Shown: positions 27,037 to 36,871, numbered from the stretch's first letter. The stretch: DNA of 64,000 nucleotides from Rhodobiaceae bacterium (GCA_021404525.1 JAAWWE010000014.1:22407-86406), one strand, 5' to 3'. A program made the numbers and translations. Notes: generated from the sequence alone by a model not told the origin.

Positions 27037-27806
27037 TTCGGCACCTCCATGGAGCGGAATTTTCGCTCCTCGGCGAGGGTCGCGGCATCAACGACACCCA
27101 ACTGCCCGCCATTGACGCCGGCGGCCGCTTCCAGACGCCAGATCTGCGTGAGGATGATGCCGAGTTCGGCAGTCACGCGCGTGTTGAGATCGACCGCGGC
27201 TTTCAGACCGCCTTGGTCGTCGATGAGCCCCACCATGGCCTCAAGACGGCCAAGGCTTTCCCCGGCTTCGACATGACTTTCCTGTGCGGCCACCGACAGC
27301 ATCGCGCTGGACCCGGCTTGCGTTGCGATCCGATTGTCTGCGGGCTCATCGCTGGTTGCCAAGGATGTCAGGCGTTCTTGGGTGAACCCGCTGCCGGACA
27401 GAACCCGTTCAACGGCAGCATCCAGCTCCGCCCCCGGTCGAAAGCCGCTAAGAAAGTCACCGCTCGAAATGGCTTCAGCTGTCGCGAGTGGTGCTGTCAG
27501 CTTGCCACGGACCCTCTCGAACTCCTCGACGGTCGCAAAAAGCTGGCCCAATTCATTGCCATCGATGAGAGAGGCCAGTTGCCCCTCGAGGTTCAGAAGC
27601 TGGCTCAATTGCGTTTCCAACTCCTGCCGCATCGTCGCGAGCTGTTGCAGCTGGACATTCAGATCCTCTGCCATGTGTTCGAGCTGCAGGACCAATTGCC
27701 GAAGGTTCGAATTGTCGAATGTCGGGACACCTTGGGCATCGGCTTGATCTGCGGGTGTGACGGCGAGAAGGGTGGCGAAGGCGGTGCCGAAGGTTTTTCC
27801 TTTCAT
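27033..27806 (-). CDS. virB5: T4SS VirB5 (pilus tip adhesin)
   Basis: AQGVPTFD N-terminus, helical Q/L-rich body, LKAAVDLNTR. Confidence 0.85.
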   Translation of the reverse strand: MKGKTFGTAFATLLAVTPADQADAQGVPTFDNSNLRQLVLQLEHMAEDLNVQLQQLATMRQELETQLSQLLNLEGQLASLIDGNELGQLFATVEEFERVRGKLTAPLATAEAISSGDFLSGFRPGAELDAAVERVLSGSGFTQERLTSLATSDEPADNRIATQAGSSAMLSVAAQESHVEAGESLGRLEAMVGLIDDQGGLKAAVDLNTRVTAELGIILTQIWRLEAAAGVNGGQLGVVDAATLAEERKFRSMEVPK

Positions 27807-28909
27807 CGGATGACTCCCATGCGCATGAAGTCGCGCTCAGAGAGCCGGTCCGCGGCCAGATGTTGGCCATGGGCTGCCTCGCGCTGACGGTTGGCAGCCA
27901 TCAGACGAACGCGAAGGTTGAGGATGCGGCCGATTTCGGCCTTGGCGTAGGTGTTGATCTCGAACGCGCGCTTGATATCCGGCGTCTCGTCGATCTGCCG
28001 GATGATCGCGGCGAGCCTATTGATGACTTGCTCGGTCGTGGCGTGGCTATCGGCGGCGTAGTAAACACTGGCTTCTGAGACGCTGCTGTACTCTGCGAGC
28101 GCCATGTCCGACGGCGAGAGCGTGCCGAGCGCATCCGCCCCACCAACAACGGCGAGGTATTCGTTGTAGAACCGCGAGATATTCCGGACATAGCCCTGGG
28201 TTTCGGCAAAGGGTGGCACGCCGCCATATTCATGGACCCGGCCAGGTCCGGCGTTATAGGCGGCAAGTGCATGCGGGATGTTTCCGAAGGTGTTCAGCTG
28301 CGTCGTAATGTACCGCGCGCCGCCGCGGAGGTTGTCCATCACATCGTAGCGGTCGACGCCCATGTCGGACGCTGTTCCCGGCATCAGCTGTGTCAAGCCA
28401 TAGGCGCCCACGGGGCTTTGCGCGGTGACGCTGAACCGGCTTTCCTGTTTGATCAGCGCCTGGAAAAGGCAGCGCCACTGGGAGGACGAAAGACCGGCCC
28501 GCCGCACTCCGGCCGCTCCGGCATATTCATCGGCCACCCGCACAATCATCATCTCGACGGTCTCGCGTCCCTCCCCGAAGAGGCGGCTGTCCATGGGATG
28601 ATTGGTGGCAACGGGGTAGACATCGCCCGCAGGGAAGTCCGCGTTTCCTTCCAGCGCGCGAATGTCGAGCCCCGGGCCGGTGAGCGCGGCTGACATCGCC
28701 TCCAGCACCCGAAGCTGATCGGATTGAACCGATGAGAGCGTTTCTCCCGTGTTCAGTTGGTCGCGCTGCGCCTCCATATCGTCCCCCAGTTTTGAGAGGA
28801 TTGTGAAAAGTTGCCCAAGCCCTGCGTTGTCTTGCGTCGGCACGCCTTGTGCTTGGGCGAGGGGCGTCGAGCAGACCAGAATGGCAATGAGAGAGGCCGC
28901 TGGTTTCAT
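27803..28909 (-). CDS. Lytic transglycosylase (SLT) with VirB5-like flanks
   Basis: IKQESRF, GAYGLTQLMPGTA, NLRGGARY, ALAAYNAGPG, ETQGYV. Confidence 0.85.
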   Translation of the reverse strand: MKPAASLIAILVCSTPLAQAQGVPTQDNAGLGQLFTILSKLGDDMEAQRDQLNTGETLSSVQSDQLRVLEAMSAALTGPGLDIRALEGNADFPAGDVYPVATNHPMDSRLFGEGRETVEMMIVRVADEYAGAAGVRRAGLSSSQWRCLFQALIKQESRFSVTAQSPVGAYGLTQLMPGTASDMGVDRYDVMDNLRGGARYITTQLNTFGNIPHALAAYNAGPGRVHEYGGVPPFAETQGYVRNISRFYNEYLAVVGGADALGTLSPSDMALAEYSSVSEASVYYAADSHATTEQVINRLAAIIRQIDETPDIKRAFEINTYAKAEIGRILNLRVRLMAANRQREAAHGQHLAADRLSERDFMRMGVIR

Positions 28910-29091
28910 GGGCTGCGCCCGATCGCTTCGAAGTCGCAGTCCTTGGTGCCTTGCGCAGCAAAGGAGAGTACCTCTGTGCTGGCCCGGCTCACGGCAGGCG
29001 CGCCGTCGCGGCTAAAGCACGGAGAGGTGGCATCCGTGTAGCGTTCACAGGCGGTGAGTATGGTTGCCAGAAAGATCAGAGCTAACCGCAT
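28906..29091 (-). CDS. Small lipoprotein (VirB7-like or entry exclusion)
   Basis: Lipobox LTAC, 61 aa, within the virB operon. Confidence 0.6.
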   Translation of the reverse strand: MRLALIFLATILTACERYTDATSPCFSRDGAPAVSRASTEVLSFAAQGTKDCDFEAIGRSP

Positions 29092-31463
29092 AGCTGCCTC
29101 CAGAATTCAGGAGAGCTACGCCAGTCGTTGCCAAGCTGGGCCTCAGCGGATCGTCCTCCCCCCAAAATGGTAAGAAGTGGTCCAAGTGCTGTGAGATCCG
29201 CATCGACAAAGACGCTGTCGCCCGCGGATCGCACCAGCGCGATACGCTGACCTGCTGTGGGTTTTGTCAGCAGCTCGGCTTCTTTTTCGTTCACGCGCAG
29301 GAAGTCGTAGTCGGAGGGCGTCGCCCGTTCGTTGGGGAAGAGTATCTGCGTGGGTACCGTCTCGATGATGGTCTTGCCGACCCGAGCCTCTCGCAATTGG
29401 CTGGGGTATTGGGTCATCATCACGACGACGCAGTTCATCTTGCGGAGGGTGACGAGCCAGTTCTCAAGTCTCGCCGCGAAATAGGGATCGTCGAGAAGCT
29501 TCCAGGCTTCGTCCAGAACAATCACTGTCGGTCGGCGATCTTCCACGATCCGCTCGTTCCGGCGCAGGATGTAGGACAGGACGGCCATGCGTTCGGTCGA
29601 CATGTCGAGGATCTCGGTCATGTCGAATCCGACAATGTCGCCGTCCATGTGCATGGCATCGTTTTCCTGCGGCATACCGAAGACCCAGCCATAACGACCG
29701 CCCGGTGCCCATTCCCCAACACGCGCCTGCAACTCGCCATCGTCGTCGAGCGATTGGAACAAGGTCTGGAACGAGACAAACCGTTGCAACGAGGGGCCGG
29801 CATCCGCATTTTGCGACACCGCGCTCTGAATGTGCCGAGACTGCTCTCCGGACAGATCGCCCGCCCGCGCCAGAAGCGTCGCCAGCCATTCCGACAGCCA
29901 GGCCCGTCCGCGTTCATCCGTCTCTGTCTGCAGCGGGTTGAGGCCCGTCGGGATACCGGCAAGGATCGTATTGTAGTGACCGCCCAGGGCGCGCACCGCC
30001 ATCTCGAGCCCGCGATCCTTGTCGAAGAAAAACAGCCGCGCGCCGACCCGCTGCGCTTGGGCTGCGAGAAAAGCAGTCGTGAGGGTCTTGCCGCTGCCCG
30101 TGCGACCCAGAACAAGCGTATGGCCAACAGTCGGTTCGCGCTCGGGCGATCCGGGTTCGTGGAAGTTGAAGCCGTAGGCAGAGGTGCCCGTCGTCGGGAA
30201 GACCGTTAGGCGCGCTCCCCACGGTGTCTCTCGATCCGAACGTCCTTCGACGCATCCATGCAGCGCCGAGAAATCCGCAAAGTTGATCGTGGAGATCGGT
30301 GTCTTTCTAGCACGGTAGCCGTAGTTGCCGGGAGCCTGCCCAAAATAGGTTGCCTTGAGGGCCATGTTCTCTCGCACGATCACGGCCATGATTTCCTGCC
30401 CCAGACGTTTGATCTCGGCTGCGGCCTGTTCGAGCGTCGGTTGATCGGGCGCATAGACGGCGATGGATAGGTGATGATCGCCGAACGCAATGCGCCCGGC
30501 TTCCTGATCATCGGCCGCTTCCATGAGCTGATCCCGCAAGGAGACTGCCGCGTCATCGGCCGCACGCATCTGCCGAACGATCCGTTGAATCCGTTCTGCC
30601 ATGATGTTTGTGGGGATCGGCGTGAAGGAATTGGTCAGCACGATATCAAGCGGAAGGTCGAGACCGTCAAACAGAGAGACATCCGTAAGCGCGGGATAGC
30701 TCTTGATGCTGAAGAGGGCCCCATACCGTGTCTCGCCCGTCGTGCCACATGTGATCCGAGCCGTATCTCCGTCAAAAGTCGCTCGGCAGGACCCAAGCGC
30801 GTAGCCCAGGGGCAGGGGGGCGTTTGGTCGCGCAATCGGGGCGTATTGGCCGGTGAGCAGCGTGGCAAGAAACCCAAGCCATTCGCCGGTGGTGTTGTCG
30901 AGACGAACGGGTTTTGCAGGTGCAAGCGCAGTCTCGAAAAACCCGGCCACTTCATCGAGTTCCCGCGCGCGACCCGCGCGGTCTTTCATCCAGGTTCGCT
31001 TGGCAAAGGCGTTGAACAGCGGGACCCGTGCCCCGATCTCCGGACGTCGCAAGATGCTCAGATAAAGTTGCGGTTTCTTGGGCGTGAGTTGCGCGATGTG
31101 AGTTTGCCAGCGTCGGTCGATCTCGGCTGCAAAGCTGTCACCTTGTACAGGACGCATCGCGAGCTTCTGAGGCACAAATATGCGATGGACATAAAAGCCG
31201 TAGAGATTGCCCGTTTGCGCGATAACCGCCGCGACCGCGCGTTTCATGGCATCGAGATCGACGTCCGGTGTCGTCGGTGCCGCAAGTCCCCCGAGGCGGA
31301 GCGTGGCCATCAGATCGCCCTCCCGCAAGACCATGACGTCGGGTTTGGCGAAGGCGACGTAGGGCAAATGCTCGGCGAGATGGCTTTCGCGTGTCAGAGC
31401 TGTGCCGCTGGTTTCAATGACCGCTGGGCTGGGCTTTGCATATTTCATCCCGTCAAGCGCCAT
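29082..31463 (-). CDS. virB4: T4SS ATPase VirB4
   Basis: HLPY, FNFH, GHTLVLGRTGSGKT, FDKDRG, VLDEAWKLL, LRKMN, MTQYP. Confidence 0.93.
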   Translation of the reverse strand: MALDGMKYAKPSPAVIETSGTALTRESHLAEHLPYVAFAKPDVMVLREGDLMATLRLGGLAAPTTPDVDLDAMKRAVAAVIAQTGNLYGFYVHRIFVPQKLAMRPVQGDSFAAEIDRRWQTHIAQLTPKKPQLYLSILRRPEIGARVPLFNAFAKRTWMKDRAGRARELDEVAGFFETALAPAKPVRLDNTTGEWLGFLATLLTGQYAPIARPNAPLPLGYALGSCRATFDGDTARITCGTTGETRYGALFSIKSYPALTDVSLFDGLDLPLDIVLTNSFTPIPTNIMAERIQRIVRQMRAADDAAVSLRDQLMEAADDQEAGRIAFGDHHLSIAVYAPDQPTLEQAAAEIKRLGQEIMAVIVRENMALKATYFGQAPGNYGYRARKTPISTINFADFSALHGCVEGRSDRETPWGARLTVFPTTGTSAYGFNFHEPGSPEREPTVGHTLVLGRTGSGKTLTTAFLAAQAQRVGARLFFFDKDRGLEMAVRALGGHYNTILAGIPTGLNPLQTETDERGRAWLSEWLATLLARAGDLSGEQSRHIQSAVSQNADAGPSLQRFVSFQTLFQSLDDDGELQARVGEWAPGGRYGWVFGMPQENDAMHMDGDIVGFDMTEILDMSTERMAVLSYILRRNERIVEDRRPTVIVLDEAWKLLDDPYFAARLENWLVTLRKMNCVVVMMTQYPSQLREARVGKTIIETVPTQILFPNERATPSDYDFLRVNEKEAELLTKPTAGQRIALVRSAGDSVFVDADLTALGPLLTILGGGRSAEAQLGNDWRSSPEFWRQLCG

Positions 31464-31731
31464 AGCTGTCTCCGCCGTGAAGCGCTCGATTGCGCGTGCC
31501 GCGCACCGTGCCGTAAGAGACGCGCAGAACTTCGAAGAAATGCGGTTCCTTGTCGGCAACAAACCAGAGGACAGGATAGGCGAGCGCGCCGACCAGAAAG
31601 AAGACCGGTGACTTCGTCCAGATAAAGGGCAGGACCACGCCAAGCGTGAGCACGACGAGATATCCGACCGGCAAGCCGAGATATTTCGGTGGGCGGGCCA
31701 ACCCGAGAAAGAGAGGGGATCGCATGGCCAT
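31453..31731 (-). CDS. virB3: T4SS VirB3
   Basis: LFLGLARPPKYLGLP, two TMs, DKEPHFF. Confidence 0.9.
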   Translation of the reverse strand: MAMRSPLFLGLARPPKYLGLPVGYLVVLTLGVVLPFIWTKSPVFFLVGALAYPVLWFVADKEPHFFEVLRVSYGTVRGTRNRALHGGDSYGA

Positions 31732-32012
31732 CAGGTAAACCCGTCAACGATGGTGCCCGCGGAGAAGATCAGGACGATCCCGATCACCACGGAGGCGAAC
31801 CATCCCCAGTTGAGCCGCCCCATCATGCACATGAAGCCAGTGCCGATGACGGCGAGCGTCGCGACCGCGATGCCGATTGGGCCGGTGAGCGCCGCTTCGA
31901 TTGTCTCGAGCATTGTCTGGATGGGCGAGAGGTCCTGGGCAAGGGCAGGGGAGGCCCATAAGGCCAGAAGGCCAATGATTGGAGGCAGGTATCCTGGAGG
32001 CAATCTTCGCAT
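31731..32012 (-). CDS. virB2: T4SS pilin VirB2/TrbC
   Basis: PALAQ cleavage, LTGPIG, two hydrophobic helices, GIVLIFSA. Confidence 0.9.
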   Translation of the reverse strand: MRRLPPGYLPPIIGLLALWASPALAQDLSPIQTMLETIEAALTGPIGIAVATLAVIGTGFMCMMGRLNWGWFASVVIGIVLIFSAGTIVDGFT

Positions 32013-32033
32013 CGGTTTCCCTCGTTTCAGGTC

Positions 32034-32699
32034 TTACTTCAGGTCGAGCACGACGACGGGACGCGTGGCGTCGCGCATCGTCGGTCCGGTCAGGTCTTGC
32101 GTGGCTGCGCCGGAAAGGCGCGCTCGAATGCGATGCACCCGGGCGATGTAGTCGCGTGTTTCCGTGAAGGGTGGCACGCCCCCGTATTCTACGACGCGAT
32201 GCGGCCCGGCGTTGTAGGCGGCCAGCGCCAGATCGACATCGTTGAAGGATTCTAGCTGCGCCAAAAGGTACCGTGCTGACCCGTCGAGGTTCTGCGCGAT
32301 ATCGGTTCTGTCGACGCCAAGGTCGCGTGCGGTGGCGGCCATGAGTTGGCCGAGACCATAAGCGCCTTTGCCACTGATGGCGTCAGGGCGATAAGCGCTT
32401 TCAGCTTCGATCAAGGCGCGGAATAGAGCCAGCCAGTCATCGGAGCTGATCTCGAGTGCTCGTAGGGCTCGGTTGCGTTCATGTCTTGAAGCTGTCGCAT
32501 GAATGGCCGCCAGCACATCCGACCGGGCCGTGGTCGCAAAGTTCTGAGAGTGTGTGGGCGGGGGGTTCTTGTCTACCTGGCCGTGAACCGTCCAGCCGTC
32601 AGTTGTTCTGACGCTTCCGTCCGCTCCGAAGATCATCGCCTCCGCCGGGAGCATCGAAGGGGATAGAGTAGTCGCTGTCAAAACACAGAGTGCGACCAT
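32034..32699 (-). CDS. virB1: Lytic transglycosylase VirB1-like (start uncertain)
   Basis: IEAESAY, KGAYGLGQLM, NLDGSARYL, ALAAYNAGP, ETRDYI. Confidence 0.85.
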   Translation of the reverse strand: MVALCVLTATTLSPSMLPAEAMIFGADGSVRTTDGWTVHGQVDKNPPPTHSQNFATTARSDVLAAIHATASRHERNRALRALEISSDDWLALFRALIEAESAYRPDAISGKGAYGLGQLMAATARDLGVDRTDIAQNLDGSARYLLAQLESFNDVDLALAAYNAGPHRVVEYGGVPPFTETRDYIARVHRIRARLSGAATQDLTGPTMRDATRPVVVLDLK

Positions 32700-32955
32700 C
32701 GCCGAACTCGTGGTGATGTTTGAAGAGGCCGGGCCAGATGTTGAAGAGGCGGGGTTCTGGTCCGTAAGGTCCGAACCGTGTCGAGACCAGGATCGCCTCT
32801 GGCTCTCCCTCGCGCAGGTAGACACACTGATAGCGGGGCTTCCCATCGTCCGTGAACTCGACAAGCTCGTACCGACAGCGGAAGTCGACTCCCGACCCGA
32901 TGAGGTCCTTCACCCCATCAATAGTAATCAAGATTTGGTCTCTTGCGATCGGCAC
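32599..32955 (-). CDS. Hypothetical protein heading the virB operon
   Basis: RBS GGGGAG upstream of GTG; globular composition; overlaps the 5' end of virB1. Confidence 0.55.
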   Translation of the reverse strand: MPIARDQILITIDGVKDLIGSGVDFRCRYELVEFTDDGKPRYQCVYLREGEPEAILVSTRFGPYGPEPRLFNIWPGLFKHHHEFGDGRTLCFDSDYSIPFDAPGGGDDLRSGRKRQNN

Positions 32956-33015
32956 CGGACTCCCCCACTGGGAGTCCTTCTACAATCGGCAGCATTCCGC
33001 AGAAAGCCATCACTT

Positions 33016-33037
33016 CGCAATATATAATATTGCGCAA
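33016..33037. promoter_or_regulatory. Inverted-repeat operator in the divergent virB / trbM-like promoter
   Basis: Perfect CGCAATAT-ata-ATATTGCG dyad overlapping TTGCGCAA in an AT-rich spacer. Confidence 0.55.
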
Positions 33038-33083
33038 TACGTATTTTGAGCGAGAATTGGCCTAATCACTCCAGGAGGCCGAT

Positions 33084-33662
33084 ATGAGACACACCCGCCT
33101 TGCGTCACTGGTTCTGGCAGCCGGGCTGACGGTCGATGCCCAGAAAGCCCGTGCCTACGATATGGATTGCGCCATCATGCTGTGTATGGCCGGGGGGTTT
33201 CCGTCGAGTGCTGTGTGTTCAGCCGCCTATGCCGAAATGATCCGGCGGATTACGCCCTGGCCGAGCCGGCCACCCTTTGGGGTCTGCACCTATGCTGCCG
33301 TTCCGGTTGCTTTGGGCGGACCGGGTGGAGAGGATGCTCTCGATATTTCGACACCGGACTACGAATGGCTACGCCGAACGCGCGTGCTTTGGTGGCGCGG
33401 TCGATCTTATGAGCCGCGCGATGAACCACGTCAGTGGGACTGGTCCATCAGATCCTGCGATCATGAAAACAAGAACTGTCATTACATCGTGCGCGTCTAC
33501 GGCTCACATTCGCCTTGGCCGGCTTCGTTCGCGTCGGAAAACGGTCAGGACATCCCGACACCTGGCTCGGGTGGGCTTTGGACCTTCTATAGCCGCGCCG
33601 TCATGATGGAGTATGGCGATTACGACGGCGCCATGGATTACACCGATTGGGTCAGATACTGA
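33084..33662 (+). CDS. Exported TrbM/KikA-like conjugation accessory protein
   Basis: Signal peptide then DCAIMLCMAGG (C-xIxLC pattern), additional Cys; RBS AGGAGG. Confidence 0.6.
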   Translation: MRHTRLASLVLAAGLTVDAQKARAYDMDCAIMLCMAGGFPSSAVCSAAYAEMIRRITPWPSRPPFGVCTYAAVPVALGGPGGEDALDISTPDYEWLRRTRVLWWRGRSYEPRDEPRQWDWSIRSCDHENKNCHYIVRVYGSHSPWPASFASENGQDIPTPGSGGLWTFYSRAVMMEYGDYDGAMDYTDWVRY

Positions 33663-33677
33663 GGCGTCGTTCGGCAA

Positions 33678-34256
33678 CTAAAGGTATTCGATATCGGCAC
33701 GGGCCTGCGCCGCCAGTTTCGACAGGCCATGCCGGGTTAGGTCGAGCAGGAACTCGGACGGCGTCATCGGCGGGTTTTCATACCTTTTTCTCACGCGGCG
33801 GAGTGCACGGGCGCCGCCAGATGGATACAGGTCGTAGGTATTGGCGAGCATGTCATCCGAGCCGAGCGTTTCAACGCCATACTCGCAGAGAACTTCGCTT
33901 GGGAAGTCTCGATGGTTTTCTGTCACAATAACCTGTGCCGAGCATCGAATCGCCGCCGCGAGAACGTGTCTGTCGTCCGGGTCCGGCAGGTCCAGACCAG
34001 CAATCAAGGGCTGGTATCCGGTCACGAAGCATTCTTCGAAGGTCTCTCTGATGGCGGCTTCCTGCTGGCGAACGCTCTCTTCGAGATGTGGTTTGAGCGC
34101 GATCAGGTTGCGTGTCCATTCGTCGAGGATTTCATCGGTGACCCTGGCCCGAAACAGGCCTTCTTGTGTGAACGTTAAGAGGACGTCCCGAACCCGGAAC
34201 GGAAACAGGACGTTGGCATCGAGGACAACCACGAATGGGTTGGCCACAAAACTCAT
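33678..34256 (-). CDS. PIN-domain toxin (VapC-like)
   Basis: VVLDANVL, ILDEW, PDPDDRHVLAAA, IVTENHRDFP. Confidence 0.9.
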   Translation of the reverse strand: MSFVANPFVVVLDANVLFPFRVRDVLLTFTQEGLFRARVTDEILDEWTRNLIALKPHLEESVRQQEAAIRETFEECFVTGYQPLIAGLDLPDPDDRHVLAAAIRCSAQVIVTENHRDFPSEVLCEYGVETLGSDDMLANTYDLYPSGGARALRRVRKRYENPPMTPSEFLLDLTRHGLSKLAAQARADIEYL

Positions 34257-34717
34257 GCGTTGTCGAACTCCTGACCCAATCGCGCAAGGTCGCGCATCGC
34301 CTGCTCCTGGCGCCGCTCTTTCTCTTCCCGGTATTGCATGAGCGCCATCAGAGGCACGCGCCGGTGCTTGCCCACCTCTTCAAATCGGATTTTCCCCTCC
34401 TTGAGCAACTTCGTGAGATGAGGGCGGGATACGTTCAGCATGTCAGCGGCTTGTTGGGTTGTGAGCATGGTGCCTACCGGAACCAGCGTGACCATGTTGC
34501 CATTGCTCACATGGCCGAGCAGTTCGATGATCAGTTTTCCAACCTCTGGCGCGATGGAGACCGGATCGCCGTTCTCTCCCGAGACTTTCAAGCCTCCGTC
34601 CAGCTCCATAGCCACGGCGATGGCCGTTGCGGCATGCGCGGCACTGTCGATTTCTTCCGGCGTCGGCGGGCGCTCCATGAGGCCGCTCTGGGCTGGTCTT
34701 TCCGCGGTATCGGCCAT
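34253..34717 (-). CDS. Excisionase-type HTH antitoxin
   Basis: LTTQQAADMLNVSRPHLTKLL...VGKHRRV; ATGA overlap with the PIN gene. Confidence 0.88.
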   Translation of the reverse strand: MADTAERPAQSGLMERPPTPEEIDSAAHAATAIAVAMELDGGLKVSGENGDPVSIAPEVGKLIIELLGHVSNGNMVTLVPVGTMLTTQQAADMLNVSRPHLTKLLKEGKIRFEEVGKHRRVPLMALMQYREEKERRQEQAMRDLARLGQEFDNA

Positions 34718-34875
34718 GGTTTTTCTCCTCGGTTCACCCCCTTAGATGTACCCAGGGAGTCACGCATGCAAGAAAAATAAACGGAATAAGTGAAATAAGT
34801 GTAAAGATTTGATAGACGGGTCGCGCCATAGGGTGTAAACAAAACAGGAACAGAATCGCCTTACGGAGCAGTATC

Positions 34876-35124
34876 ATGGGCAAGAACACGAAACGCACCT
34901 CGCGGAAAGTCGCATCGCAGGCAGCGGCCACCCTAAGCGACCCGAACGCCTCCGCAACCGCCAAGAGCCTGGCGGCATCCGCGCTGGCGCAGTCCGGGAC
35001 TGGTAAACAGACGGGGGCGGCGATGGAGGACAAAGCCTCCAAGGTCCTGCAAAGCGACAAGTACAGCAGTGACACGAAATCGTTGGCAGGAACGGTTCTC
35101 TCGCAATCGAACAAGGCGCGCTAG
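34876..35124 (+). CDS. Small basic Ala/Ser-rich protein with internal duplication
   Basis: Two similar ~33-aa units ending KSLAASALAQ and KSLAGTVLSQ; RBS GGAG. Confidence 0.7.
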   Translation: MGKNTKRTSRKVASQAAATLSDPNASATAKSLAASALAQSGTGKQTGAAMEDKASKVLQSDKYSSDTKSLAGTVLSQSNKAR

Positions 35125-35125
35125 A

Positions 35126-35323
35126 CTAGGCGGGTCCGGATCTATCGAGATCGATATCTCGTTCGATGATATTGACTACGCAAATCTCCTCGGGCCTTAC
35201 GAGCCAGACCCGCGTGCGGTCGCCGGTGTTCCAGAGATGCTCTTGCCAGACGACAAGTTCTGACCCGTTCACGATTGCTACGCCTTCGCGCACGGGCACG
35301 CCTTTGAGCGGACGATCATCCAC
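35126..35323 (-). CDS. Hypothetical protein downstream of the XRE regulator
   Basis: Short ORF co-oriented with the XRE gene; no recognised motif. Confidence 0.4.
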   Translation of the reverse strand: MDDRPLKGVPVREGVAIVNGSELVVWQEHLWNTGDRTRVWLVRPEEICVVNIIERDIDLDRSGPA

Positions 35324-35356
35324 CCGCCATCCCGGAGCAGGGTGTCGTCCGGCCTC

Positions 35357-35569
35357 CTAGCTGCGGGGTTTGAGAAGTTCCGAAGGATCGATGTTCAGAG
35401 CTTGGGCGATCTTTTCGAGCGTTGTCAGCGAGGCGGAATACTTGGCGTTTTCGATCTTGCCGACATAGCCGCGGTTCACACTTGCACGATGCGCCAATTC
35501 CTCCTGACTGATGCCCTTGGCGCGCCGGGCATCTTGAAGATTCAGACCTACTCGTTCCTTCAGATTCAT
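35357..35569 (-). CDS. XRE/Cro-C1 HTH regulator
   Basis: RRAKGISQEELA...RGYVGKIEN...TLEKIAQAL. Confidence 0.9.
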   Translation of the reverse strand: MNLKERVGLNLQDARRAKGISQEELAHRASVNRGYVGKIENAKYSASLTTLEKIAQALNIDPSELLKPRS

Positions 35570-35970
35570 GACCGAAGCTCGGCCATGATGTGGCGTATTT
35601 AACCACGCAATATACTATACATTCGACGATGAAGCGGCTGATACTGTGTGATTTTCGGTTTCTAAAGGTGTCGATCAAGCTCGCCATTTGGTTGAATAAG
35701 ATAGCATGGTGACTTTATGCAGCGAGGCGGAGTGGTCCTGTTGGGCAAAGTTTTGCCCATCGTCGCGGCTGAGGCAGGGGTACGCCGCAGCAGGTATTCT
35801 GAGTCTGATAAGGTTTATTATGTTATTAAATTGCTTTCCTTCACCTCAAATTTCCACCACATGTCAGCTGCACCTAAAGGCCAACGTGCTCAGGACAACA
35901 GTTAATCACGGCGGTACACTATAAGCAGAATTAGTGATTAAAACATCCACTAAGCCAAAGGCGCCATGCA

Positions 35971-36417
35971 ATGATGTATTCATTTCTGATTTCCGTAACA
36001 CTTTTTCTGGCAACCGCTTGTGTGCAGTTGGCGTCACTGAGGTTCTGCTCCGGACGAATGACTTCGATCCCAATGCAGCCCCACACTCGGGTTCTGTCGA
36101 TTGTAACTATACTGTTCATCACTCATCTCCTTCAAATCGGGCTCTTCGCAGGTGGGTTCTGGTTCGCGGCGGAGGTGCTTGAAGTCGGTACTTTCGAAGG
36201 TGCCGATATGGATACCTCTCTCGACTACCTGTACTTTTCGGCTGTCATCTATACTTCGCTCGGGATCGGAGATATCGTTCCGAAAGAGCATTTGCGGTTT
36301 CTTACCGGGGTTGAGGCCCTCAACGGATTGCTCTTGATCGCCTGGTCCGCGTCCTTCCTGTTTTCGACAATGAACCGGCTGTGGGATTGGAAACCTTGCG
36401 TCAAGCCGGACAACTAG
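35971..36417 (+). CDS. Two-TM potassium-channel-family (Ion_trans_2) protein
   Basis: LYFSAVIYTSLGIGDIVP pore-like motif, GVEALNGLLLIAWSAS. Confidence 0.8.
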   Translation: MMYSFLISVTLFLATACVQLASLRFCSGRMTSIPMQPHTRVLSIVTILFITHLLQIGLFAGGFWFAAEVLEVGTFEGADMDTSLDYLYFSAVIYTSLGIGDIVPKEHLRFLTGVEALNGLLLIAWSASFLFSTMNRLWDWKPCVKPDN

Positions 36418-36565
36418 GTTGGCGTGTCCCTGCGCCTACTCAGCAACTGACTTTCCTACCGTGGCGGCCGCCCTCGCAGCTATGGCCGCGATTGTTGATC
36501 CGGCAATGACGGGAAGCTTCGCCGTAGCGGCGAGGCACCGAAGGCAGCACTCACGATAAACAGAC

Positions 36566-36793
36566 TCATCGTGAATTGCCGGGACAGCGACCGCTCCATT
36601 GCTCAGACAAGGTGCCCGACGTTATCTCATGTTTGGTATGCAGGCCGATCAGTAGGAAACAGTCCGTCAGAAGACCCTGGTTGATCCAGTCGATCAGTGG
36701 CGCTTTGATAGCGACTGTGCCAAACCCCATGCGCAGAGGCAGATGATGCAAAAGGGCATATAAGGCTGCCACTCGCGAGTTCGCGGCAACCAC
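36566..36793 (-). pseudogene. nhaA: NhaA Na+/H+ antiporter N-terminal remnant
   Basis: LIDWINQGLL...FLLIGLHTKHE...GTLS resembles NhaA WINDGLM..FF..GLE.KRE...G.LS, but is degenerate and truncated. Confidence 0.6.
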
Positions 36794-36871
36794 GCTGAGA
36801 GCAAGTGCCGCCCATTTGTATTGTGGCCCCTGTAAGACGGCTTTCGCGAACAGAACGTGAGACCTGATCCG

